Source: a virus
UHGV virus genome: UHGV-0072536
Length of the DNA: 18,794 nt
Reading direction: 5' to 3' (one strand)
Numbering within the stretch: the stretch's first letter is position 1; every line of letters starts with the position of its first letter. The notes under the pieces were generated by a model. The model was not told the origin of the DNA and ran no database searches. It worked only from the letters and a program-made list of their open reading frames with translations. Positions 7,520-18,794 of the stretch are shown piece after piece. Made by a program: the position numbers and the translations under genes.

Positions 7520-7718
7520 GAGGTTGCCCCGTATTCAGTGTCGCTGATTTGTATTGTCTGAAGTTGTTTTTACGTTAAGTTGATGCAGATCAATTAATAC
7601 GATACCTGCGTCATAATTGATTATTTGACGTGGTTTGATGGCCTCCACGCACGTTGTGATATGTAGATGATAATCATTATCACTTTACGGGTCCTTTCCG
7701 GTGATCCGACAGGTTACG

Positions 7719-7730
7719 GGGCGGCGACCT
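7719..7730 (+). other. cosN: 12-nt cohesive-end site gggcggcgacct (terminase nicking site)
   Basis: Identical to the lambda 12-nt cohesive end; preceded by the lambda right-end sequence ...gatccgacaggttacg and followed by lambda left-end sequence. Confidence 0.9.
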
Positions 7731-7770
7731 CGCGGGTTTTCGCTATTTATGAAAATTTTCCGGTTTAAGG

Positions 7771-7882
7771 TGTTTCCGTTCTTCTTCGTCGTAACTTAAT
7801 GTTTTTATTTAAAATACCCCCTGAAAAGAAAGGAAACGACAGGTGCTGAAAGCGAGCTTTTTGGCCTCTGTCGTTTCCTTTC
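7771..7882 (+). promoter_or_regulatory. cosB: Nu1-binding R elements (R3, R2, R1) between cosN and nu1
   Basis: R3-like gtttccgttcttcttcg (7772-7788); R2 gaaaggaaacgacag (7828-7842) and R1 ctgtcgtttcctttc (7868-7882) form an inverted pair as in lambda cosB. Confidence 0.8.
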
Positions 7883-7907
7883 TCTGTTTTTGTCCGTGGA
7901 ATGAGCA

Positions 7908-8427
7908 ATGGAAGTCAACAAAAAGCAGCTGGCTGACATTTTCGGTGCGAGTATCCGTACCATTCAGAACTGGCAGGAACAGGGAATGCCCGTTCTGCGA
8001 GGCGGTGGCAAGGGTAATGAGGTGCTTTATGACTCTGCCGCCGTTATAAAATGGTATGCCGAAAGGGATGCTGAAATTGAGAACGAAAAGCTGCGCCGGG
8101 AGGTTGAAGAACTGCGGCAGGCCAGCGAGGCAGATCTCCAGCCAGGGACTATTGAGTACGAACGCCATCGACTTACGCGTGCGCAGGCCGACGCACAGGA
8201 ACTGAAGAATGCCAGAGACTCCGCTGAAGTGGTGGAAACCGCATTCTGTACTTTCGTGTTGTCGCGGATCGCAGGTGAAATTGCCAGTATTCTCGACGGG
8301 ATTCCCCTGTCGGTGCAGCGGCGTTTTCCGGAACTGGAAAACCGACATGTTGATTTCCTGAAACGGGATATCATCAAAGCCATGAACAAAGCAGCCGCGC
8401 TGGATGAACTGATACCGGGGTTGCTGA

Positions 8428-8453
<26 letters not shown>
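7908..8453 (+). CDS. nu1: Terminase small subunit Nu1
   Basis: 181 aa; N-terminal winged-HTH (QLADIFGASIRTIQNWQEQGMP); near-identical to lambda gpNu1 as recalled. Confidence 0.95.
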
Positions 8454-12134
<3,681 letters not shown>

Positions 12135-12154
<20 letters not shown>

Positions 12155-13454
12155 TCTCCCGCATATTGCCAGCATGGCCTTTAATGAGCCGCTGATGCTT
12201 GAACCCGCCTATGCGCGGGTTTTCTTTTGTGCGCTTGCAGGCCAGCTTGGGATCAGCCGCCTGACGGATGCAGTATCCGGCGACAGCCTGACTGCCGGAG
12301 AGGCACCCGCGGCGCTGGCGTTATCCGGTGATGATGACGGACCACGACAGGCCCGCAGTTATCAGGTCATGAACGGCATCGCCGTGCTGCCGGTGTCCGG
12401 TACGCTGGTCAGCCGGACGCGGGCGCTGCAGCCGTATTCGGGAATGACCGGTTACAACGGCATTATCGCCCGTCTGCAACAGGCTGCCAGCGATCCGATG
12501 GTGGACGGCATTCTGCTGGATATGGACACACCGGGCGGGATGGTGGCGGGAGCATTTGACTGTGCTGACATCATCGCCCGTGTGCGAGACATAAAACCGG
12601 TATGGGCGCTGGCCAACGACATGAACTGCAGTGCAGGTCAGCTGCTTGCCAGCGCCGCCTCCCGGCGTCTGGTCACGCAGACCGCCCGGACAGGCTCCAT
12701 CGGCGTCATGATGGCTCACAGTAATTACGGTGCTGCGCTGGAGAAACAGGGCGTGGAAATCACGCTGATTTACAGCGGCAGCCATAAGGTGGATGGCAAC
12801 CCCTACAGCCATCTACCGGATGATGTCCGGGAAACACTGCAGTCCCGGATGGATGCAACCCGCCGGATGTTTGCACAGAAGGTGTCGGCATATACCGGCC
12901 TGTCCGTGCAGGCTGTGCTGGATACCGAGGCTGCAGTGTACAGCGGTCAGGAGGCCATTGATGCCGGACTGGCTGATGAACTTGTGAACAGTACCGATGC
13001 GATCACCGTCATGCGTGATGCACTGGATGCACGTAAATCCCGTCTCTCAGGAGGGCGAATGACCAAAGAGACTCAATCAACAACTGTTTCAGCCACTGCT
13101 TCGCAGGCTGACGTTACTGGCGTGGTGCAAGCGACGGAGGGCGAGAACGCCAGCGCTGCGCAGCCGGACGTGAACGCGCAGATCACCGCAGCGGTTGCGG
13201 CAGAAAACAGCCGCATTATTGGGATCCTCAACTGTGAGGAGGCTCACGGACGCGAAGAACAGGCACGCGTGCTGGCAGAAACCCCCGGTATGACCGTGGA
13301 AACGGCCCGCCGCATTCTGGCCGCAGCACCACAGAGTGCACAGGCGCGCAGTGACACTGCGCTGGATCGTCTGATGCAGGGGGCACCGGCACCGCTGGCT
13401 GCAGGTAACCCGGCATCTGATGCCGTTAACGATTTGCTGAACACACCAGTGTAA
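12135..13454 (+). CDS. C: Head maturation protease / scaffold C
   Basis: 439 aa from GTG at 12135 with SD agaggaggag; the track ORF 12000..13454 is an upstream extension; matches lambda gpC (VTAELRNLPHIASMAFNEPLML...). Confidence 0.9.
12849..13454 (+). CDS. nu3: Scaffolding protein Nu3, in-frame internal start within C
   Basis: ATG at 12849 in the C frame (MDATRRMFAQ...), sharing the C stop, as for lambda nu3; 201 aa. Confidence 0.75.
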   Translation: MDATRRMFAQKVSAYTGLSVQAVLDTEAAVYSGQEAIDAGLADELVNSTDAITVMRDALDARKSRLSGGRMTKETQSTTVSATASQADVTGVVQATEGENASAAQPDVNAQITAAVAAENSRIIGILNCEEAHGREEQARVLAETPGMTVETARRILAAAPQSAQARSDTALDRLMQGAPAPLAAGNPASDAVNDLLNTPV

Positions 13455-13463
13455 GGGATGTTT

Positions 13464-13796
13464 ATGACGAGCAAAGAAACCTTTACCCATTACCAGCCGC
13501 TGGGCAACAGTGACCCGGCTCATACCGCAACCGCGCCCGGCGGATTGAGTGCGAAAGCGCCTGCAATGACCCCGCTGATGCTGGACACCTCCAGCCGTAA
13601 GCTGGTTGCGTGGGATGGCACCACCGACGGTGCTGCCGTTGGCATTCTTGCGGTTGCTGCTGACCAGACCAGCACCACGCTGACGTTCTACAAGTCCGGC
13701 ACGTTCCGTTATGAGGATGTGCTCTGGCCGGAGGCTGCCAGCGACGAGACGAAAAAACGGACCGCGTTTGCCGGAACGGCAATCAGCATCGTTTAA
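13464..13796 (+). CDS. D: Head decoration protein D
   Basis: 110 aa from [12 protein letters not shown]; near-identical to lambda gpD. Confidence 0.95.
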   Translation: MTSKETFTHYQPLGNSDPAHTATAPGGLSAKAPAMTPLMLDTSSRKLVAWDGTTDGAAVGILAVAADQTSTTLTFYKSGTFRYEDVLWPEAASDETKKRTAFAGTAISIV

Positions 13797-13816
13797 CATT
13801 ACCCTTCATCACTAAA

Positions 13817-13838
13817 GGCCGCCTGTGCGGCTTTTTTA
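13817..13838 (+). terminator. GC hairpin plus T-tract between D and E (terminator/attenuator-like)
   Basis: Stem gccgc/gcggc with loop ctgt, followed by tttttt, 13 nt before the E start. Confidence 0.4.
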
Positions 13839-13850
13839 CGGGATTTTTTT

Positions 13851-14876
13851 ATGTCGATGTACACAACCGCCCAGCTGCTGGCGGCAAATGAGCAGAAATT
13901 TAAGTTTGATCCGCTGTTTCTGCGTCTCTTTTTCCGTGAGAGCTATCCCTTCACTACGGAGAAAGTCTATCTCTCACAAATTCCGGGACTGGTAAACATG
14001 GCGCTGTACGTTTCGCCGATTGTTTCCGGTGAGGTTATCCGTTCCCGTGGCGGCTCCACCTCTGAATTTACGCCGGGATATGTCAAACCCAAGCATGAAG
14101 TGAATCCGCAGATGACCCTGCGTCGCCTGCCGGATGAAGATCCGCAGAATCTGGCGGACCCGGCTTACCGCCGCCGTCGCATCATCATGCAGAACATGCG
14201 TGACGAAGAGCTGGCCATTGCTCAGGTCGAAGAGATGCAGGCAGTTTCTGCCGTGCTCAAGGGCAAATACACCATGATCGGTGAAGCCTTCGATCCGGTT
14301 GAGGTGGATATGGGCCGCAGTGCGGCGAACAACATCACGCAGTCCGGCGGCACGGAGTGGAGCAAGCGTGACAAGTCCACGTATGACCCGACCGACGATA
14401 TCGAAGCCTACGCGCTGAACGCCAGCGGCGTGGTGAATATCATCGTGTTTGACCCGAAAGGCTGGGCGCTGTTCCGTTCCTTCAAAGCCGTCAGGGAGAA
14501 GCTGGATACCCGTCGCGGCTCTCATTCCGAACTGGAGACAGCGGTAAAAGACCTGGGCAAAGCGGTGTCCTATAAGGGGATGTATGGCGATGTGGCCATC
14601 GTCGTGTATTCCGGACAGTACGTGGAAAACGGCGTCAAAAAGAACTTCCTGCCGGACAACACGATGGTGCTGGGTAACACTCATGCACGCGGTCTGCGCA
14701 CCTATGGCTGTATTCAGGATGCGGATGCATTGAGTGAGGGTATTAATGCGTCTCCCCGTTATCCGAAAAACTGGAAGACATCCGGCGATCCGGCGCGAGA
14801 GTTCACCATGATTCAGTCAGCACCGCTGATGCTGCTGGCTGATCCTGATGAGTTCGTGTCCGTTCAACTGGCGTAA
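13851..14876 (+). CDS. E: Major capsid protein E
   Basis: 341 aa starting MSMYTTAQLLAANEQKFKFDPLFLR; near-identical to lambda gpE. Confidence 0.95.
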   Translation: MSMYTTAQLLAANEQKFKFDPLFLRLFFRESYPFTTEKVYLSQIPGLVNMALYVSPIVSGEVIRSRGGSTSEFTPGYVKPKHEVNPQMTLRRLPDEDPQNLADPAYRRRRIIMQNMRDEELAIAQVEEMQAVSAVLKGKYTMIGEAFDPVEVDMGRSAANNITQSGGTEWSKRDKSTYDPTDDIEAYALNASGVVNIIVFDPKGWALFRSFKAVREKLDTRRGSHSELETAVKDLGKAVSYKGMYGDVAIVVYSGQYVENGVKKNFLPDNTMVLGNTHARGLRTYGCIQDADALSEGINASPRYPKNWKTSGDPAREFTMIQSAPLMLLADPDEFVSVQLA

Positions 14877-14917
14877 TCATGGCCCTTAGGGGCCATTTTC
14901 TCTCTGTGGAGGAGTCC

Positions 14918-15313
14918 ATGACGAAAGATGAACTGATTGCCCGTCTCCGGTCGCTGGGTGAGCAACTGAACCGTGATGTCAGCCTGACGGGGACGAAAGA
15001 AGAACTGGCGCTCCGTGTGGCAGAGCTGGAAGAGGAGCTTGATGACACGGATGACGGAGCCGGTCAGGACTCGTCTGTCAGCCCGGAAAATGCGCTGACC
15101 GGACATGAAAATGAGGTGGTATCAGCACAGACGGATACCGTGACTGATACGGCTGCTCTGGTCACGGTTGTGGCACTGGTGACGCTGCATACCGATGCAC
15201 TTCACGCCACGCGGGATGAACCTGTGGCATTTGTGCTGCCGGGAACGGCGTTTCGTGTCTCTGCCGGTGTGGCAGCCGAAATGACAGAGCGCGGCCTGGC
15301 CAGAATGCAATAA
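14918..15313 (+). CDS. FI: DNA-packaging protein FI
   Basis: 131 aa from MTKDELIARLRSLGEQ with SD ggagg; conserved N- and C-terminal parts match lambda gpFI, central linker divergent; a perfect palindrome atggccctta/ggggccat lies between E and FI. Confidence 0.9.
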   Translation: MTKDELIARLRSLGEQLNRDVSLTGTKEELALRVAELEEELDDTDDGAGQDSSVSPENALTGHENEVVSAQTDTVTDTAALVTVVALVTLHTDALHATRDEPVAFVLPGTAFRVSAGVAAEMTERGLARMQ

Positions 15314-15324
15314 CGGGAGGCGCT

Positions 15325-15678
15325 GTGGCTGATTTCGATAACCTGTTCGATGCTGCCATTGTCCGCGCCGATGAAACGATACGCGGGTACATGGGAACGT
15401 CAGCCACCATGACATCCGGTGAGCAGTCCGGCGCAGTAATACGTGGTGTTTTTGATGACCCTGAAAATATCAGCTATGCCGGACAGGGCGTGCGCGTTGA
15501 AGGCTCCAGCCCGTCCCTGTTTGTCCGGACTGATGATGTGCGGCAGCTGCGGCGTGGAGACACGCTGACCATCGGTGAGGAAAACTTCTGGATAGACCGG
15601 GTTTCGCCGGATGATGGTGGAAGCTGTCATCTCTGGCTTGGGCGGGGCGTACCGCCTGCCGTTAACCGTCGCCGCTGA
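15325..15678 (+). CDS. FII: Head-tail joining protein FII
   Basis: 117 aa, GTG start; matches lambda gpFII. Confidence 0.9.
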   Translation: MADFDNLFDAAIVRADETIRGYMGTSATMTSGEQSGAVIRGVFDDPENISYAGQGVRVEGSSPSLFVRTDDVRQLRRGDTLTIGEENFWIDRVSPDDGGSCHLWLGRGVPPAVNRRR

Positions 15679-15690
15679 AAGGGGGGATGT

Positions 15691-16269
15691 ATGGCCATAA
15701 AAGGTCTTGAGCAGGCCATTGAAAACCTCAGCCGTATCAGCAAAACGGCGGTGCCTGGTGCCGCCGCAATGGCCATTAACCGCGTTGCTTCATCCGCGAT
15801 ATCGCAGTCTGCGTCACAGGTTGCCCGTGAGACAAAGGTACGCCGGAAACTGGTAAAGGAAAGGGCCAGGCTGAAAAGGGCCACGGTCAAAAATCCGCAG
15901 GCCAGAATCAAAGTTAACCGGGGGGATTTGCCCGTAATCAGGCTGGGTAACGCGCGGGTTGTCCTGTCCCGCCGCAGGCGTCGTAAAAAGGGGCAGCGTT
16001 CATCCCTGAAAGGTGGCGGCAGCGTGCTTGTGGTGGGAAACCGTCGTATTCCCGGCGCGTTTATTCAGCAACTGAAAAATGGCCGGTGGCATGTCATGCA
16101 GCGTGTGGCCGGGAAAAACCGTTACCCCATTGATGTGGTGAAAATCCCGATGGCGGTGCCGCTGACCACGGCGTTTAAACAGAATATTGAGCGGATACGG
16201 CGTGAGCGTCTTCCGAAAGAGCTGGGCTATGCGCTGCAGCATCAACTGAGGATGGTAATAAAGCGATGA
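15691..16269 (+). CDS. Z: Tail completion protein Z
   Basis: 192 aa; matches lambda gpZ. Confidence 0.9.
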   Translation: MAIKGLEQAIENLSRISKTAVPGAAAMAINRVASSAISQSASQVARETKVRRKLVKERARLKRATVKNPQARIKVNRGDLPVIRLGNARVVLSRRRRRKKGQRSSLKGGGSVLVVGNRRIPGAFIQQLKNGRWHVMQRVAGKNRYPIDVVKIPMAVPLTTAFKQNIERIRRERLPKELGYALQHQLRMVIKR

Positions 16270-16661
16270 AACATACTGAACTCCGTGCAGCCGTACTGGA
16301 TGCACTGGAGAAGCATGACACCGGGGCGACGTTTTTTGATGGTCGCCCCGCTGTTTTTGATGAGGCGGATTTTCCGGCAGTTGCCGTTTATCTCACCGGC
16401 GCTGAATACACGGGCGAAGAGCTGGACAGCGATACCTGGCAGGCGGAGCTGCATATCGAAGTTTTCCTGCCTGCTCAGGTGCCGGATTCAGAGCTGGATG
16501 CGTGGATGGAGTCCCGGATTTATCCGGTGATGAGCGATATCCCGGCACTGTCAGATTTGATCACCAGTATGGTGGCCAGTGGCTATGACTACCGGCGCGA
16601 CGATGATGCGGGCCTGTGGAGTTCAGCCGATCTGACGTATGTCATTACCTATGAAATGTGA
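16266..16661 (+). CDS. U: Tail terminator protein U
   Basis: 131 aa; start overlaps the Z stop; matches lambda gpU. Confidence 0.9.
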   Translation: MKHTELRAAVLDALEKHDTGATFFDGRPAVFDEADFPAVAVYLTGAEYTGEELDSDTWQAELHIEVFLPAQVPDSELDAWMESRIYPVMSDIPALSDLITSMVASGYDYRRDDDAGLWSSADLTYVITYEM

Positions 16662-16668
16662 GGACGAT

Positions 16669-17409
16669 ATGCCTGTACCAAATCCAGCAATACCGGTGAA
16701 AGGTGCCGGAACCACCCTGTGGGTTTATAACGGGAGCGGCGACCCTTATGCGAACCCGCTTTCAGACGTTGACTGGTCGCGCCTGGCTAAAGTTAAAGAC
16801 CTGACGCCCGGCGAACTGACCGCTGAGTCCTATGACGACAGTTATCTCGATGATGAAGATGCGGACTGGACCGCGACCGGGCAGGGACAGAAATCCGCCG
16901 GAGATACCAGCTTCACGCTGGCGTGGATGCCCGGAGAGCAGGGGCAGCAGGCGCTGCTGGCGTGGTTTAATGAAGGTGATACCCGTGCCTATAAAATCCG
17001 CTTCCCGAACGGCACGGTCGATGTGTTCCGTGGCTGGGTGAGCAGTATCGGTAAGGCGGTGACGGCGAAGGACGTGATCACCCGTACGGTGAAGGTCACC
17101 AATGTGGGCCGTCCGTCAATGGCAGAAGATCGCAGTACGGTGACGGCGGCAACCGGTATGACTGTGACGCCTGCCAGCTCCTCGGTGGTGAAAGGGCAGA
17201 GCACCACGCTGACCGTGGCATTCCAGCCGGAGGGCGCAACTGACAAGAGCTTCCGTGCGGTGTCAGCGGATAAAACAAAAGCCACCGTGTCGGTCAGTGG
17301 TATGACCATCACCGTGAACGGCGTTGCTGCAGGCAAGGTCAACATTCCGGTTGTATCCGGTAATGGTGAGTTTGCTGCGGTTGCAGAAATTACCGTCACC
17401 GCCAGTTAA
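16669..17409 (+). CDS. V: Major tail tube protein V (with C-terminal Ig-like domain)
   Basis: 246 aa from [20 protein letters not shown]; track ORF 16639..17409 is an upstream extension; matches lambda gpV. Confidence 0.95.
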   Translation: MPVPNPAIPVKGAGTTLWVYNGSGDPYANPLSDVDWSRLAKVKDLTPGELTAESYDDSYLDDEDADWTATGQGQKSAGDTSFTLAWMPGEQGQQALLAWFNEGDTRAYKIRFPNGTVDVFRGWVSSIGKAVTAKDVITRTVKVTNVGRPSMAEDRSTVTAATGMTVTPASSSVVKGQSTTLTVAFQPEGATDKSFRAVSADKTKATVSVSGMTITVNGVAAGKVNIPVVSGNGEFAAVAEITVTAS

Positions 17410-17424
17410 TCCGGAGAGTCAGCG

Positions 17425-17847
17425 ATGTTCCTGAAAACCGAATCATTTGAACATAACGGTGTGACCGTCACGCTTTCTGAACTGTCAGCCCTGCAGCGCA
17501 TTGAGCATCTCGCCCTGATGAAACGGCAGGCAGAACAGGCGGAGTCAGACAGCAACCGGAAGTTTACTGTGGAAGACGCCATCAGAACCGGCGCGTTTCT
17601 GGTGGCGATGTCCCTGTGGCATAACCATCCGCAGAAGACGCAGATGCCGTCCATGAATGAAGCCGTTAAACAGATTGAGCAGGAAGTGCTTACCACCTGG
17701 CCCACGGAGGCAATTTCTCATGCTGAAAACGTGGTGTACCGGCTGTCCGGTATGTATGAGTTTGTGGTGAATAATGCCCCTGAACAGACAGAGGACGCCG
17801 GGCCCGCAGAGCCTGTTTCTGCGGGAAAGTGTTCGACGGTGAGCTGA
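17425..17847 (+). CDS. G: Tail assembly chaperone G
   Basis: 140 aa; matches lambda gpG; contains slippery heptamer gggaaag (17823-17829) near its 3' end. Confidence 0.9.
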   Translation: MFLKTESFEHNGVTVTLSELSALQRIEHLALMKRQAEQAESDSNRKFTVEDAIRTGAFLVAMSLWHNHPQKTQMPSMNEAVKQIEQEVLTTWPTEAISHAENVVYRLSGMYEFVVNNAPEQTEDAGPAEPVSAGKCSTVS

Positions 17848-18140
17848 GTTTTGCCCTGAAACTGGCGCGTGAGATGGGGCGACCCGACTGGCGTGCCATG
17901 CTTGCCGGGATGTCATCCACGGAGTATGTCGACTGGCACCGCTTTTACAGTACCCATTATTTTCATGATGTTCTGCTGGATATGCACTTTTCCGGGCTGA
18001 CGTACACCGTGCTTAGCCTGTTTGATGCGCCGCGCGATAAATGCACTCTATCTTGTGCGATAAATGGCATCCACGCGGCGTTTCATTATTTGAAAAAGAA
18101 TTACATTTCAGGTTGCGTTATGACAGTCCCAACAGGGTGA
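17823..18140 (+). pseudogene. T: T part of the G-T -1 frameshift product, truncated: lambda-like only to about 18025, then unrelated sequence to a stop
   Basis: -1 frame after gggaaag reads GKVFDGELSFALKLAREMGRPDWRAMLAGMSSTEYVDWHRFYSTHYFHDVLLDMHFSGLTYTVLSLF (lambda gpT-like), then diverges (DAPRDKCTLSC...) and stops at 18140; no H gene follows. Confidence 0.7.
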
Positions 18141-18673
18141 TAGCGGTAGATCGTTGACAGTCCAATATCATAGATAATTGCCAGCCGCTTTCTGTCATAC
18201 CCTTTCTGGAGCAATCTTGCGATCTGCTCATGCTGCTCCTTCGTCAGTTTCGGGCGACGTCCTCCAACTCTTCCTTGTGCTCGCGCAGCAGCCAGTCCTG
18301 CCAGCGTGCGCTCAACTATCAGTTCACGCTCCATTTCTGCCAGTGCACCCATCATATGAAAAAAGAACCTTCCCATCGGAGTGCTGGTATCGATTGAATC
18401 CGTCAGACTGCGAAAATTGACACCTTTTGCGCGTAGCTCTTCTGTGAGAGCAATGAGGTGTTTCATTCTTCTACCCAACCGATCCAGCTTCCAGACCACC
18501 AATGTATCCCCTCTTTTAAGGCACTTTAAAGCGCGTTTCAGGCCTGGTCGTTCCGACTTGGTTCCGCTCATTTTGTCCTCAAAAATCTGTTCACATCCTG
18601 CGCACATTAATGCATTGCGTTGCAAATCTGTGTTTTGGTCATTTGTTGACACACGTATGTAGCCAATCAGCAT
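18101..18673 (-). CDS. pin: Serine DNA invertase, Pin/Gin/Hin/Cin family
   Basis: 190 aa from MLIGYIRVSTNDQNTDLQRNAL (catalytic Ser in RVST); strongly similar along its length to E. coli e14 Pin as recalled; the track ORF start at 18787 is an upstream extension. Confidence 0.9.
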   Translation of the reverse strand: MLIGYIRVSTNDQNTDLQRNALMCAGCEQIFEDKMSGTKSERPGLKRALKCLKRGDTLVVWKLDRLGRRMKHLIALTEELRAKGVNFRSLTDSIDTSTPMGRFFFHMMGALAEMERELIVERTLAGLAAARAQGRVGGRRPKLTKEQHEQIARLLQKGYDRKRLAIIYDIGLSTIYRYHPVGTVITQPEM

Positions 18674-18727
18674 TAAAAATACTCCCTTTTGAGTGGTTAA
18701 AGTACTGAGATAATGTGGGGAGGATTT

Positions 18728-18753
18728 GAGAGATAAACGTTGGTTTGGGGGAA
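18728..18753 (-). repeat. Candidate gix/pix-like crossover site upstream of pin
   Basis: Minus-strand sequence ttcccccaaaccaacgtttatctctc resembles the 26-bp crossover sites of Gin/Hin/Cin/Pin invertases (TTCC..AAACC....TTT); lies 55-80 bp upstream of the pin start codon. Confidence 0.45.
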
Positions 18754-18794
18754 GGCTCTGCACTGCCTGTTGGTGTGCCTGTTCCATGGCCCAC

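Noticed and set aside
7281-7547. Plus-strand 88-aa ORF overlapping the minus-strand RHH gene
   Set aside because: The minus-strand reading gives a coherent RHH-like protein matching the lambda right-end ORF; the plus-strand translation is low-complexity with no motifs.
7843-8049. 68-aa plus-strand ORF spanning cosB into nu1
   Set aside because: Starts within the R-site/cosB region in a different frame from nu1; nu1 is unambiguous and the ORF has no homolog.

Overview
This 18.8-kb window is the late region of an integrated lambda-family prophage of an enterobacterial host (E. coli-like), running from the end of the nin region through the lysis cassette, across an internal cos site, into the head and proximal tail genes. 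Left to right: a DUF968-like gene (5' end outside the window), rusA, a lambda-type antiterminator Q with a pR'-like promoter and tR' terminator, three tRNA genes (anticodons CAU, UCG, UCU), an AT-rich cargo island of about 1.4 kb with orphan ORFs and hairpins, a small conserved phage ORF, and a phage-21-type lysis cassette (dual-start pinholin, an unknown 104-aa gene, SAR endolysin, Rz with nested Rz1). Then come a Rha-family gene, two minus-strand lambda right-end ORFs, cosN and cosB, and a near-lambda-identical morphogenesis block nu1-A-W-B-C/nu3-D-E-FI-FII-Z-U-V-G with the G-T frameshift site. The lambda-like sequence stops inside gene T at about 18025; 75 bp later a Pin/Gin/Hin-family serine invertase lies on the opposite strand with a gix/pix-like site upstream at the window edge, so the tail module H-J is missing here and the prophage is probably defective or rearranged. 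No stx genes, CRISPR array, integrase or att site are present. The most interesting unexplained items are the cargo island at the stx-equivalent position, the unknown gene between holin and endolysin, and the T/pin junction. All homology calls rest on reading the translations and recalling reference sequences; none was verified by a search.
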